NCBI GenBank assembly: GCA_003137095.1
Contig: PLET01000070.1
Span: 585-64,584, forward strand
Source of the DNA: Gammaproteobacteria bacterium
GTDB lineage: Bacteria > Pseudomonadota > Gammaproteobacteria > Steroidobacterales > Steroidobacteraceae
Length of the DNA stretch: 64,000 bases
Reading direction: 5' to 3'
Made by a program: the position numbers and the translations under genes. Positions within the stretch are counted from its first letter, which is position 1. Every line of letters starts with the position of its first letter. A model generated the notes under the pieces. It ran no database searches. It was not told the DNA's origin and was given only the letters and a program-made list of their open reading frames with translations. This document shows, in pieces, positions 55,110 through 64,000 of the stretch.

Positions 55110-55409
55110 ATGCGAAACACGATTTCACGGCGCAGCATCCTCAAGAGCGGCGTCATTGCCGGCGTCTTGATCCCCGCCGGCTTCAGGTTCAATTCCGCCC
55201 TCGCCGATGTGCCCGCCTTGGATCCGGCGGATCCGGTGGCGAAGGCGCTGCAGTACACCACCAAGTCGGCCAAGCCCGATCAGACGTGCGCCAATTGCAT
55301 CCAGTACACCCAGCGTAGCGGCGCCACCGGCAGCTGCAACATCTTCGCCGGCAAGACCGTGGCATCGGGCGGCTGGTGCCTGTCGTGGGTGAACAAGCCG
55401 GCGGGCTGA
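55110..55409 (+). CDS. High-potential iron-sulfur protein (HiPIP) with Tat signal
   Basis: 'SRRSILKSGV' twin-Arg leader. Four cluster Cys 'CANCIQY..GSCNIF..GGWCLSW'. ATG 55110 sits behind GGGAGAA. It is the C-terminal part of listed ORF 54663..55409. Confidence 0.9.
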   Translation: MRNTISRRSILKSGVIAGVLIPAGFRFNSALADVPALDPADPVAKALQYTTKSAKPDQTCANCIQYTQRSGATGSCNIFAGKTVASGGWCLSWVNKPAG

Positions 55410-55467
55410 GCGGCAAGCGGGAATGTGAACCAGTCGTTATTCCGAACCGGAAATTCTCGAATTAGGT

Positions 55468-55498
55468 GATGGCCCTTCGTGGCCGCGGGAAGGCCATC
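55468..55498 (+). terminator. Hairpin downstream of HiPIP gene
   Basis: GATGGCC(C)TTC ... GAAGGCCATC stem (7+3 bp with one bulge). No U-tract. Confidence 0.3.
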
Positions 55499-55575
55499 TG
55501 CTAGTCTCCGCGCATGACCGCGAATGCATCAAAACCGCACTGCAGGCCCGCGGGCCAACGGCACGGCATTCCGTC

Positions 55576-57786
55576 ATGACGAAGGCCGTGGCGCCGCCGG
55601 CAGGCGATGCGATGTTCAAGTCCTACGCGCAATTGGCGGGCAGTCTGCTGGCGGATCTGAGCGGCTTGTGCCTGCTCGGGGCCAACCTGAAGCCGCTCGG
55701 CCAGTCACGCACCGTCAAGTCGGAATCCGTCGCCACCTGGTTGCGCTCGCTCGGCTGGGACGGTGAGTGCGAGCGTGCCGCCGTCGGCACCCCGCACGGG
55801 CCCGGCCAATGGCTGACCGCCATTCCCGTGGAGCAATCGGACGGCAGCCTGCTCGGGGTATTTTGCGTGGTGCAATCCCTGAAGTCCGCACCGACCGAGG
55901 CGAAGCGTCACGCAGAGCAGTTGGCGCGCACGCTCAAGCCTCTGCTCGATTGCATCCACCGCGAGCTGGCGGCCGCGGTGCCGGCCCGTTCGCGCGTGCA
56001 GGCGCTGACCGAACGCACCGCCGAACTCGAGTGGCTGTTCCAGGTGACCGGCAATCTGAAAGGATCGACCGACGACCGGCGGCTGGTGGAGGAACTGCTG
56101 ATCGCCTCGACCAAGCGGCTGCAAAGCGCCTTCGGCGTGATGTGCATCCCCGAGAAGCGCATGTTCATCGAGCATGAGGGCGATATCATGACCGCGGGGC
56201 CGCTGCGTGCAGCCTGGAAGAAAACCCAGACCCACCTGCTGACCTGGGCGCAGCGCCGGCATCGTCCGCTGGTGGTCAACGGCGCGGGCAGCGACGGCAA
56301 GAAAATCACGCGCTGCAAGATCCTCTCGGTGCCGGTGGTGCGCGATTCGGGGCGGGTGCTCGGGGTGCTGGCGTTCTTCAATCCGCCCGAGGCCCCCGAC
56401 TTCGCCAGCCGGCACGTGTTCCTGGCGCGCCATCTCGGACGCCAGACCGCAAGCCTGGTCGACGCGCAATTCGATCTGATGACCGGTTTGTACACGCGCG
56501 GCGGCATCGAGCAGATGTACGGCGCGCACGCGGACGATGCGGATGCCGACCGCAGCATCCTCTACATCGATGTCGATCACATGCACGTGGTCAACGAGCT
56601 GCACGGCTTCGAACTCGGCAACGAACTGATCGTGCGGGTCGCGGAGCTTCTCGGGCCGCCGCTGCTGCCGGAAGGCGCGCTGGCGGCACGCATCTCGGGA
56701 GATCGCTTCGCGGTCATCCTGCCCGAATCCGATCCGCGGGCCGCCGCGAAAATCGCCGAGGAGATCCAGGGCGCCGCGCGCCGGCTGGTGATCGGACCGG
56801 CGCAGAACGTGGTCGACGTATCGATCAGCTGCGGTGTTGCGGCGCTGGTGACGATGCCCCAGGGCCTGGCACGCGCCATGGCGGCGGCGGAGCTTGCCTG
56901 CAAGACCGCCAAGAACCGCGGCCGCAACCGGGTGGAGCTGTACGCCTGCGAAGACAACAGCATGATGCGCCGCCACGATGACGCGCTGGCCGTCGGCCAG
57001 CTGCGCGCCGCCCTCAAGGCGGACCGGCTGATGCTGTATGCGCAGCGCATCGCCCCGCTTCAGGACCCGAGCCTTCCGGGCGGCTACGAGCTGCTCATGC
57101 GGCTGCGCGAGGAGGACGGAACCATCATCGCGCCGGGCCCGCTGATCGTGGCCGCACAGCGCTATCAGCTTCTGCCCACCGTCGACCGCTGGGTGATCAC
57201 GCGCGCGTTGCAGATGCTCGGCTCGTACCGCAGCATGCTGAAGACCCGCGGCGTGAGCATGTCGATCAACGTCTCCGGCCAATCGATCGGCGATGAGACC
57301 TGCATCCAGACGTTCAAGGAACACCTGAAGAGCGCGAACCTGCCGCCGGACTGCCTCACCATCGAGATCACCGAGCAGGCGGCCGTGACCAATCTCGCGC
57401 GGGCGAATTCCATGATCAAACAGCTGAAGGCGCTCGGCTGCCGCTTCGCGCTGGATGATTTCGGCACCGGCGCGAATTCGCTCACCTCGCTCAAGAACCT
57501 GCAGATATCGCGCGTCAAGATCGACGGCAGCTTCGTGCGCGACATCCTCACCGACCGCAACTCGCTGGCGACGGTCAAGGCCATCGTCGAGCTCGCCAGG
57601 GGTCTGCGCATGGACACGGTCGCCGAATACGTGGAAAACGAGGACATCGCGAACGCGGTGCGCCGCCTGGGCGTCGACTATGCCCAGGGCTACGCTTTCG
57701 GCATGCCGGAGCCGCTCGACGGCGTGTTGGAGAGCCTGAGCCGCGACGAATCGCGCCGCCTGCAGAGGATGTTCCTAGAATTGTAG
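55576..57786 (+). CDS. Signalling protein: N-terminal sensory (GAF-like) region + degenerate GGDEF + EAL phosphodiesterase domain
   Basis: GGDEF position reads SGDRF (56695-56709). EAL domain has 'ELL' (57088-57096), 'IEITE', 'DDFGTG', 'EYVE', 'QGY'. Confidence 0.85.
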   Translation: MTKAVAPPAGDAMFKSYAQLAGSLLADLSGLCLLGANLKPLGQSRTVKSESVATWLRSLGWDGECERAAVGTPHGPGQWLTAIPVEQSDGSLLGVFCVVQSLKSAPTEAKRHAEQLARTLKPLLDCIHRELAAAVPARSRVQALTERTAELEWLFQVTGNLKGSTDDRRLVEELLIASTKRLQSAFGVMCIPEKRMFIEHEGDIMTAGPLRAAWKKTQTHLLTWAQRRHRPLVVNGAGSDGKKITRCKILSVPVVRDSGRVLGVLAFFNPPEAPDFASRHVFLARHLGRQTASLVDAQFDLMTGLYTRGGIEQMYGAHADDADADRSILYIDVDHMHVVNELHGFELGNELIVRVAELLGPPLLPEGALAARISGDRFAVILPESDPRAAAKIAEEIQGAARRLVIGPAQNVVDVSISCGVAALVTMPQGLARAMAAAELACKTAKNRGRNRVELYACEDNSMMRRHDDALAVGQLRAALKADRLMLYAQRIAPLQDPSLPGGYELLMRLREEDGTIIAPGPLIVAAQRYQLLPTVDRWVITRALQMLGSYRSMLKTRGVSMSINVSGQSIGDETCIQTFKEHLKSANLPPDCLTIEITEQAAVTNLARANSMIKQLKALGCRFALDDFGTGANSLTSLKNLQISRVKIDGSFVRDILTDRNSLATVKAIVELARGLRMDTVAEYVENEDIANAVRRLGVDYAQGYAFGMPEPLDGVLESLSRDESRRLQRMFLEL

Positions 57787-57823
57787 TCCTTGGGATACAG
57801 TAGGGTATCCGAAGGAGCAATGC

Positions 57824-58456
57824 ATGGGTTCATCTGTCCGGGAAGAGGTGTTGCGGTTGGGCGTCGGCGGACCCGTCGGTTCGGGCAAGACCGCGCTGGT
57901 CGATGCGCTGTGCAAGCGACTGCGCCACAGCCTCGACATCGCGGTGGTCACCAACGACATTTACACGCGCGAGGACGCCGAATTCCTGATCCGCAGCCAG
58001 GCGCTGCCCGCGGAACGCATCCGCGGAGTGGAGACCGGCGGCTGCCCGCACACGGCGATCCGCGAGGACGCCTCGATGAATCTCGCCGCCATCGACGGAC
58101 TGATGAGCGAATTCCGCGATCTCGACATGATCATCGTCGAGAGCGGCGGCGACAATCTGGCGGCCACCTTCAGCCCGGAACTCTCGGATTTGACGCTGTA
58201 CGTGATCGACGTCGCCGCCGGCGACAAGATTCCGCGCAAGGGCGGTCCCGGGATCATCAAGTCGGACCTGCTCATCATCAACAAGATCGATCTCGCGCCG
58301 CACGTCGGCGCCTCGCTCGAGGTCATGGACCGTGACGCGCGTAAAATGCGCGGCGAGCGGCCGTTCGTCTTCACCAATCTGAAGACCGGCCACGGCCTCG
58401 ACACGGTGATCGACTTCATCCTGCGCGAGGGGCTGCTGCAGGCCGCTAGCGCGTGA
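57824..58456 (+). CDS. ureG: Urease accessory GTPase UreG
   Basis: P-loop 'GPVGSGKT', Ni-binding '[11 protein letters not shown]', 'ESGGDNL', 'INKIDL'. SD GAAGGAG 6 nt upstream. Confidence 0.9.
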   Translation: MGSSVREEVLRLGVGGPVGSGKTALVDALCKRLRHSLDIAVVTNDIYTREDAEFLIRSQALPAERIRGVETGGCPHTAIREDASMNLAAIDGLMSEFRDLDMIIVESGGDNLAATFSPELSDLTLYVIDVAAGDKIPRKGGPGIIKSDLLIINKIDLAPHVGASLEVMDRDARKMRGERPFVFTNLKTGHGLDTVIDFILREGLLQAASA

Positions 58457-59375
58457 GGGCGCGCACCGCCACGCAGGCGGCGGCGGCCCGATTCTCCACC
58501 CCGAGCTTCACGAACACCTGTTCGAGGTGCTTGTTCACGGTGCGCGGGCTGATGTTGAGGATCTCACCGATGTCGCGGTTCGGCTTGCCGCGGCTCAGCC
58601 ACAGCAACACCTCCGCCTCGCGCGAGGTCAACGAGAATTCCTTCTGCAGAGCGGCGCGGTCGTGGTCGGGATCCGCCGCCTCGGCCAGCCTGAACAGCAG
58701 TTCGTCCGGACCGAGGGTGCTGACGAACCAGCATTCGAGACGCCGGCCGGCGATCATCACCGAGCACCTGGCCGTGGCCTGGGTGTCGACGCGGCGCAAC
58801 CGCAGCAGCTGCTCGATCACCTCGCCGGGCAGTATCGCCGGCTCGTCGCGCGCACCGTTGGCGCCGCAGAGCAGCTGGCGGGCCTTTGGCGTGCACCACA
58901 ACAGCCGGCCTTCGCGGTTGGTCGCGAACAGGAAGCGGCCGCTGGCATCCAGCGCCACATGGGTCTCATGGGCGAGACGCGCGTTGCCGAGATGCACCCG
59001 CATGCGCGCGAGCAGTTCGTCGAGGATGATGGGCTTGGTGACGTAGTCGACCCCGCCGCACTCGAGACCCTGTACCACGTGCTCGGTCTGGGACAGCCCG
59101 GTCATGAATATCACCGGCAGATGAGCCAGCATCCGGTCGCGTTTCAGCCGCCTGCAGGTCTCGAAGCCGCTGATGCCGGGCATCAGGGCATCCATCAGCA
59201 CCAGATCCGGCGTGATCTGCCCGAGCAGCTCGAGCGCCGCCTCGCCATCGGTCGCGATCAGCACCGTGAAGCCGGCACGGTCCAGCGTGTTGGTGAGCAG
59301 GCTCAGGGTATCGGGCGTGTCGTCGACCACCAGAACCGTGTCGCGCCGACAGGCAATCGCTTCAGGCCTCTGCAC
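58446..59375 (-). CDS. Response regulator: receiver + PAS-like middle domain + LuxR-type HTH
   Basis: '[24 protein letters not shown]', C-terminal '[40 protein letters not shown]'. Start overlaps the upstream kinase stop by 14 nt. Confidence 0.85.
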   Translation of the reverse strand: MQRPEAIACRRDTVLVVDDTPDTLSLLTNTLDRAGFTVLIATDGEAALELLGQITPDLVLMDALMPGISGFETCRRLKRDRMLAHLPVIFMTGLSQTEHVVQGLECGGVDYVTKPIILDELLARMRVHLGNARLAHETHVALDASGRFLFATNREGRLLWCTPKARQLLCGANGARDEPAILPGEVIEQLLRLRRVDTQATARCSVMIAGRRLECWFVSTLGPDELLFRLAEAADPDHDRAALQKEFSLTSREAEVLLWLSRGKPNRDIGEILNISPRTVNKHLEQVFVKLGVENRAAAACVAVRALTR

Positions 59376-62300
59376 GCATCGTCTCCAGTACGCTCATGTA
59401 GCGCTTCAGATCGAATTTCGACACCAGTGCGCGCAGATTCGCGGCGAAATCCTCGTTCGCGGGGTCCTCGAGTTCGAGTTCGCGCAGTTTCGCTTCGATA
59501 CCGCGCACGTGGCCGATGCTTCCCAGACGGTACAGATCGTCCAGGTGATGACGCGAGCGTCCGCTCGGCGCGGTTGCCGCCGCGCGTGCCCGCGCCGGCG
59601 CCGCAGCGGCGGACGGCTCCGGCTGATGGATCCATTTGAGATTCAGCAGCGAGCCCACCTGTTCGAGGAGCCGCTGCAGCCGGATCGGCTTCATCACGAA
59701 GGCGTCGTGAGCGGCGTCCGCGGCTGGCGAATATTCATGGGCATTGGCCGACACGATCATGATCTTCAAGCCGGGCAGGCGCCCGCCGGCGCGCAGCTCC
59801 TGCGCGACGCTCCAGCCGGACATGTCCGGCAGCGTCAAATCGATCATCGCCAGATCCGGCTGGCATTGTCCCGCGAGCTGCAGGCAGGTCTTGCCGTCGC
59901 GCGCGATGAACAAGGTGAAGCCGAGCGGGCGCAGCAGGCTCTGCACCAGATCGAGGTGCAGCGGATCATCGTCGGTGACCAGTATTCTCTGGCGCGGACC
60001 GGCGTAATCGCAGATGCGCTGCGTCGCCGCCGGCGGGGAGATCTGCTCGCGCACGTCGGACAGCAGCAGCCTGACGAGAAAGGTGGTGCCGGACGGCGAG
60101 CTGCGCTGCACCTGCAGCTCGCCCCCCATGATGTGGGTCAGCAGCTTGGAGATCGTCAGCCCCAGTCCGGTGCCGGGAATCGAGCGCACTCCATAATGGC
60201 TGCCGCGCTCGAAGGGGTCGAAGATCTTCTCCAGATCGGTGGCGGGAATGCCGACGCCGGTGTCGGCGACCTCGAACTCCGCAACCTGGCCGCGATAGCG
60301 CACGACGAGGCTCACGGAGCCGCGTTCGGTGTACTTGATCGCGTTCGACAGCAGATTGATCAGTATCTGGCCGAGGCGTTTCTGATCGGCGTGGACGTGC
60401 GAGGGTAGATTGGGCGAGTGCTCGTAATAAAAATCCAGGCCCTTCGCCAGCGCCTGCAGGCGGAACATGTCCACCAACTCGCCGAGAAACTCGCGCAGCT
60501 GCACCACGTCGCGGTTCAGGCGCAGCATGCCGTTTTCGATCTTCGACACATCGAGCAGACCGTCGATCAGATTCGACAGATGCTCGGTGCTGCGACGGAT
60601 CACGCGCACCGCGTTCTCCGGCGAATCCGCGCTGCCGCGCTCGAGCAGCTGCGCGTAGCCGAAGATGGAGTTGAGCGGCGTGCGGATCTCATGGCTGATG
60701 CCGACGATGTAGCGGGTCTTGGCGAGATTGGCCGCCTCGGCGATCTCCTTGGCCTGTTGCAGGGCGGCGTCGGTGCGCCGATGCGCCTCGATCTCATCCA
60801 TGAGCATCGCGGTCTGGCGCGAGGACTCCGCCTCGGCCGTGCGGCGGCTCTCGTGCGCCAGCACGACCAGCCACGCGCCGATGCCCGACAGCAGCAGCAG
60901 ACTCAGGAAAACCACCCACAAGGTGGCGGCCACGTCTTCGCGGCCGGCCGCCGAAATCCCGCCGAACTGGCGGTAAATGAACGACAGCAAAAGCCCGGTG
61001 GCGAGATTGCAGACGATGAGGATGCCGGCGAAGTGGCCGGCGCGGGTGTTGAGCGCGGCGGCGGCGCGTGCCGGCAGCACCCGCGTCAGGAACGCCGCCA
61101 ACTGATGGGCCACCCGGCCCTGCGGCTTGCAGGCGTCGTGGCAGCGCGACTCGAGCGTGCAGCACAGAGAACAGATCGGGCCGGAATAGGCCGGACAGAG
61201 TGCCATGTCGGCGCGCTCGAACACGTTTTCGCAGATCGTGCAGCGCAGCTCCTCGATGTCCGGCGGCAGTCCGCCGTCGCTGCGCGCGAGATAGTAGCGC
61301 CCGCCAGTGACCCAGGCGATGAGCGGTGCGGCCGCGAACGCCACCAGCAGCGCCACGAAGGGCGAGAGGATCTGCGCCATGGTGCCGAAAACGCCAAGAT
61401 ACGCGAGGCTCGAGGCGCCGATCGACAGCAGCAGGGCGCCGACGCCCACCGGATTGATGTCGTACAGATGCGCGCGGCGGAATTCGATGTAGGGCGGACT
61501 CAAGCCGAGCGGCTTGTTGATCACCAGATCCGCCGTCAGTGCGCCGATCCAGCCGGCGGCGAAATTGGCATAAATACGCAGAATGCCGTCGATGGCGTGA
61601 AATATGCCGATTTCCATCAGCAGCAGCGCCAGTACCACGTTGAACACCAGCCAGACCACGCGTCCCGGATGGCTGTGCGTCAGCCGGGAGAAGAAATTGG
61701 ACCAGGCGATCGAGCCCGCATAGGCGTTCGTCACGTTGATCTTCAGCTGGCACACGATCACGAACAGGCCGGTCAGGGCGAGCGCCACCGCCGGTGAGCC
61801 CAGCGCCTCCCGGAAGGCGACGAAGTACATCCGCGTCGGCTGGCTCGCCTCCTCGGCGGACACCCCCTGGTGCAGCGCGAGCACCGTGAGCAGCGACCCG
61901 GCGAGCAACTTGAATCCGCCGATCAGAATCCATCCCGGGCCGGTGGACAGCAGTGCGGTCCACCAGCTGAAGGGGCGCCGGCGGTCGCGGGCAGGCAGGA
62001 ATCGCAGATAATCGACCTGTTCGCCGATCTGCGGCAGCAGCGACAGCAGCATCGAGGCCGCCATGCCGAGCATGGGCAGATTGACGGTCTCCCCGCCGCC
62101 CGCGGCGCCGCCGTAGTGCGTCCATTGCGACAGCTGCGAGGGCTGCCAGCCCACGATGTAGATGATGGGCAGGAACTGCAGCGCCAGCCAGACCGGCTGG
62201 GTGACGAGCTGCACCCGGCTGATCAGGCTGATGCCGTACACCGCGATCGGAATCACCACCAGGGAACTCAGCAGATGCGCCACGGCGAGCGGAATGCCGA

Positions 62301-62736
62301 ACAGGAATTGCAGCGCGACGGACAGGATGCTCGCCTCGATCGAGAACAGCAGGAAGGTGAATGAGGCATAGATCAGCGAGGTGAGCGTCGAGCCGAGATA
62401 GCCGAACCCCGCACCCCGCGTCAGCAGATCGATGTCGACGCCGTAGGTGGCCGCGTAGTACGCGATCGGCAGCCCGATCAGGAACATGAGCACCATGAAG
62501 CCGACGATCGCCCAGACGGTGTTCGGAAAGCCGTAGGAGAGCGTCATGGCCCCGCCGATCGCCTCGCACGCGAGGAACGCGATCGGTCCCAGCGCCGTGT
62601 TGCCGACGCGAAACGAGGACTTGCGCGCGCCCGCCGCGGTGTAGCGCAGCGCGTAATCCTCGAGAGTCTGGCTGGCGACCCATTGGTTGTACTGGCGTCG
62701 TTCGCGGACGATTCGTTGCGGCGCGCTGCTGCTCAT
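59362..62736 (-). CDS. Hybrid sensor histidine kinase with N-terminal NCS1/purine-cytosine-permease-like 12-TM domain and Cys-rich module
   Basis: Permease-like 'GNTALGPIAFLACEAIGG', 'YGVDIDLLTRGAGFGYLGS'. Cys-rich 'RCTICENVF..CPAYSGPICSLCCTLESRCHDACK'. H-box 'SHEIRTPLNSIFGYAQL', 'DTGVGIP', receiver 'ILVTDDDPLH..AMIDLTLPDMSG'. Start at ATG 62736 (MSSSAPQ..). Confidence 0.85.
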   Translation of the reverse strand: MSSSAPQRIVRERRQYNQWVASQTLEDYALRYTAAGARKSSFRVGNTALGPIAFLACEAIGGAMTLSYGFPNTVWAIVGFMVLMFLIGLPIAYYAATYGVDIDLLTRGAGFGYLGSTLTSLIYASFTFLLFSIEASILSVALQFLFGIPLAVAHLLSSLVVIPIAVYGISLISRVQLVTQPVWLALQFLPIIYIVGWQPSQLSQWTHYGGAAGGGETVNLPMLGMAASMLLSLLPQIGEQVDYLRFLPARDRRRPFSWWTALLSTGPGWILIGGFKLLAGSLLTVLALHQGVSAEEASQPTRMYFVAFREALGSPAVALALTGLFVIVCQLKINVTNAYAGSIAWSNFFSRLTHSHPGRVVWLVFNVVLALLLMEIGIFHAIDGILRIYANFAAGWIGALTADLVINKPLGLSPPYIEFRRAHLYDINPVGVGALLLSIGASSLAYLGVFGTMAQILSPFVALLVAFAAAPLIAWVTGGRYYLARSDGGLPPDIEELRCTICENVFERADMALCPAYSGPICSLCCTLESRCHDACKPQGRVAHQLAAFLTRVLPARAAAALNTRAGHFAGILIVCNLATGLLLSFIYRQFGGISAAGREDVAATLWVVFLSLLLLSGIGAWLVVLAHESRRTAEAESSRQTAMLMDEIEAHRRTDAALQQAKEIAEAANLAKTRYIVGISHEIRTPLNSIFGYAQLLERGSADSPENAVRVIRRSTEHLSNLIDGLLDVSKIENGMLRLNRDVVQLREFLGELVDMFRLQALAKGLDFYYEHSPNLPSHVHADQKRLGQILINLLSNAIKYTERGSVSLVVRYRGQVAEFEVADTGVGIPATDLEKIFDPFERGSHYGVRSIPGTGLGLTISKLLTHIMGGELQVQRSSPSGTTFLVRLLLSDVREQISPPAATQRICDYAGPRQRILVTDDDPLHLDLVQSLLRPLGFTLFIARDGKTCLQLAGQCQPDLAMIDLTLPDMSGWSVAQELRAGGRLPGLKIMIVSANAHEYSPAADAAHDAFVMKPIRLQRLLEQVGSLLNLKWIHQPEPSAAAAPARARAAATAPSGRSRHHLDDLYRLGSIGHVRGIEAKLRELELEDPANEDFAANLRALVSKFDLKRYMSVLETMRAEA

Positions 62737-63049
62737 CGTCGCGTGTCGTTCTGCATGGGAAAATGCCGTGGCGTTTTTCCTACGGAGACCAGCAATTAAT
62801 GTGCCATCCATTCCGCTGCGACGTTGCCTCATGTAGCCGCGGCGCCACATACGTCAAACGACTCATTCAGCGCGCCGCTGCTCTCCGTTAGCGTAGATCC
62901 AACGAATGAGCGCGCAGGCAGCGCGACGGATGGGGATGCGGGCGACGAGGGCGGCGGCACCAAAACAGGGAAGCCGCGGCTGCTTGCCGCACCAATACCG
63001 TGCCCCGCCGCGACGAGGACCGGCTTTTCAACACGTGAGGAAACGAGTC

Positions 63050-64000
63050 ATGGATCCCAAGCAACGAACGAACCGCACCGTGAAGCGCGCGCTGCTGGCC
63101 GGCGCCCTGGGCGCCGCGGCTTTCACGGCCTGCATCGGCAGCGCGGCGGCGGATGATTCACTGCCGCCGGTGACGGTCGGCGCGGGCATGCAGACCAGCT
63201 TCTACAACTGCAGCACGGGCTGCATCTACAGTCCCGGCACCATTCCCACCGGGGATTCCAGCGTGCAGGGCTTCGCGCTCGACACCATTCGGCTATACGT
63301 CAACGGCAACGTGACCAACAACATCAAGTTCACCTTCAACACCGAGTACACCGGCAGCAGCACCGACACCGTCATCGTGATGGATGCGATCGGCCGCTTC
63401 GAATTCTCGGATCAGTTCAACATCTGGGCCGGCCGCTTCCTGCCGCCGAGCGATCGCGCCAACCTGTACGGGCCCTACTATGCCAACGACTGGGCGCCAT
63501 ATGCCGACGGAGTCGCCGACTTTTATCCCGACGTCGCCATCGGCCGCGACAACGGCATCGCCTACTGGGGCCAGTTCGGCATCCTCAAGGTGCAGGTGGG
63601 GGCGTTCGACGGCGAATCGGTCAACAGCGCGGTGGCGGACAAGAGCAAGCTGGTCACCGCGGCGCGGCTGACCCTGGATTTCTGGGACCCCGAGCCCGGC
63701 TACTATTTCAACGGCACCTACTACGGCGAGAAGGATCTGCTCGCGGTGGGCATTGCCGCCCAGAACCAGGACAGCAAGAGCACCTACAGCGTCGATGGAT
63801 TGATGGAGAAGAAGCTCGCCGGTCTGGGCACGGTGACGGTGGAGGCCGAATACAACAAGGACAACGGTCTCACCGGTACGACCGACAGCGACGGCTGGTA
63901 CGGACTCGGCAGCTATCTGTTTCCGCAGGTCATCGGCTACGGAAAGATCCAGGTGCTCGGCAAATACAGCCAGAAGACCGTCGACTCGGTGCCGTTCGAG
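63050..64000 (+). CDS. Putative outer-membrane porin-like protein; 3' end outside window (not in ORF track)
   Basis: ATG 63050 sits behind GAGGA. The frame is open for all 317 codons to the window end. Signal peptide ..ALLAGALGAAAFTACIGSAAA, beta-strand-like alternating pattern, Tyr/Gly/Asn-rich ('GRFEFSDQFNIWAGRF', 'VTVEAEYNKDNG'). Confidence 0.6.
   Translation, partial: MDPKQRTNRTVKRALLAGALGAAAFTACIGSAAADDSLPPVTVGAGMQTSFYNCSTGCIYSPGTIPTGDSSVQGFALDTIRLYVNGNVTNNIKFTFNTEYTGSSTDTVIVMDAIGRFEFSDQFNIWAGRFLPPSDRANLYGPYYANDWAPYADGVADFYPDVAIGRDNGIAYWGQFGILKVQVGAFDGESVNSAVADKSKLVTAARLTLDFWDPEPGYYFNGTYYGEKDLLAVGIAAQNQDSKSTYSVDGLMEKKLAGLGTVTVEAEYNKDNGLTGTTDSDGWYGLGSYLFPQVIGYGKIQVLGKYSQKTVDSVPFE

Noticed and set aside
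55705-57324. 539-aa minus-strand ORF opposite the GGDEF/EAL gene
   Set aside because: Shadow ORF. It has no domain motifs and an Arg/Ala/Gly-biased composition, while the plus-strand frame carries unambiguous GGDEF/EAL motifs.
57787-59400. Search for a ure operon around ureG
   Set aside because: The flanking genes are a GGDEF/EAL protein and a REC-LuxR regulator. No UreA/B/C/D/E/F-like translation appears in any frame, so ureG is reported as an orphan rather than part of an operon.
60418-62683. Long alternative ORFs (60418..61797 +, 60794..62683 -) inside the permease-kinase gene
   Set aside because: One is on the opposite strand and the other in the wrong frame of a gene whose chosen frame shows transporter helices, H-box and ATPase motifs. 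Their translations are Arg/Pro/Gly-rich nonsense.

Overview
This is 64 kb of very GC-rich (about two-thirds G+C by eye) Gram-negative chromosome, probably from an environmental proteobacterium. I call about 56 protein-coding genes. I found no rRNA, tRNA, CRISPR array or intact mobile element. 1-22 kb holds a ThDP enzyme plus two cytochromes c in one operon, two TonB-dependent receptors, MFS/SSS transporters with ADH/SDR genes, and a secreted DUF1592-DUF1552-esterase operon. At 22.0-25.0 kb a sharply AT-richer islet carries one exported TPR-CHAT (caspase-like) protease flanked by gene relics; this is the clearest accessory element. 25-41 kb is a 13-gene, translationally coupled catabolic operon of unassigned substrate: VOC dioxygenase-like, amidohydrolase-2, FAH x2, SDR x2 plus an extended-SDR epimerase/dehydratase, HisD-like, ABM, SMP-30, CrtI-like flavoprotein and MFS. 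A NodD-like LysR regulator is transcribed divergently from it. 41-63 kb is dense in signalling genes. It has three CRP/FNR-like paralogues around a SHOCT / hybrid kinase / REC-PAS operon, a second PAS hybrid kinase, and cytochrome c5 plus HiPIP. It also has a degenerate-GGDEF/EAL protein followed by an orphan ureG, and a permease-fused hybrid kinase coupled to a REC-LuxR regulator. Many listed six-frame ORFs are GC-driven shadow ORFs and were discarded. Several real starts are internal to the listed ORFs (the track also uses GTG/TTG starts). I propose a few ORFs absent from the track, either under 60 aa or running off the window edge. 4-nt ATGA/GTGA or TGATG stop/start overlaps are frequent (8629, 8876, 9976, 11259, 21409, 29572, 44485, 49703) and support the operon calls. 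All functional calls come from reading translated motifs; no database search was run.
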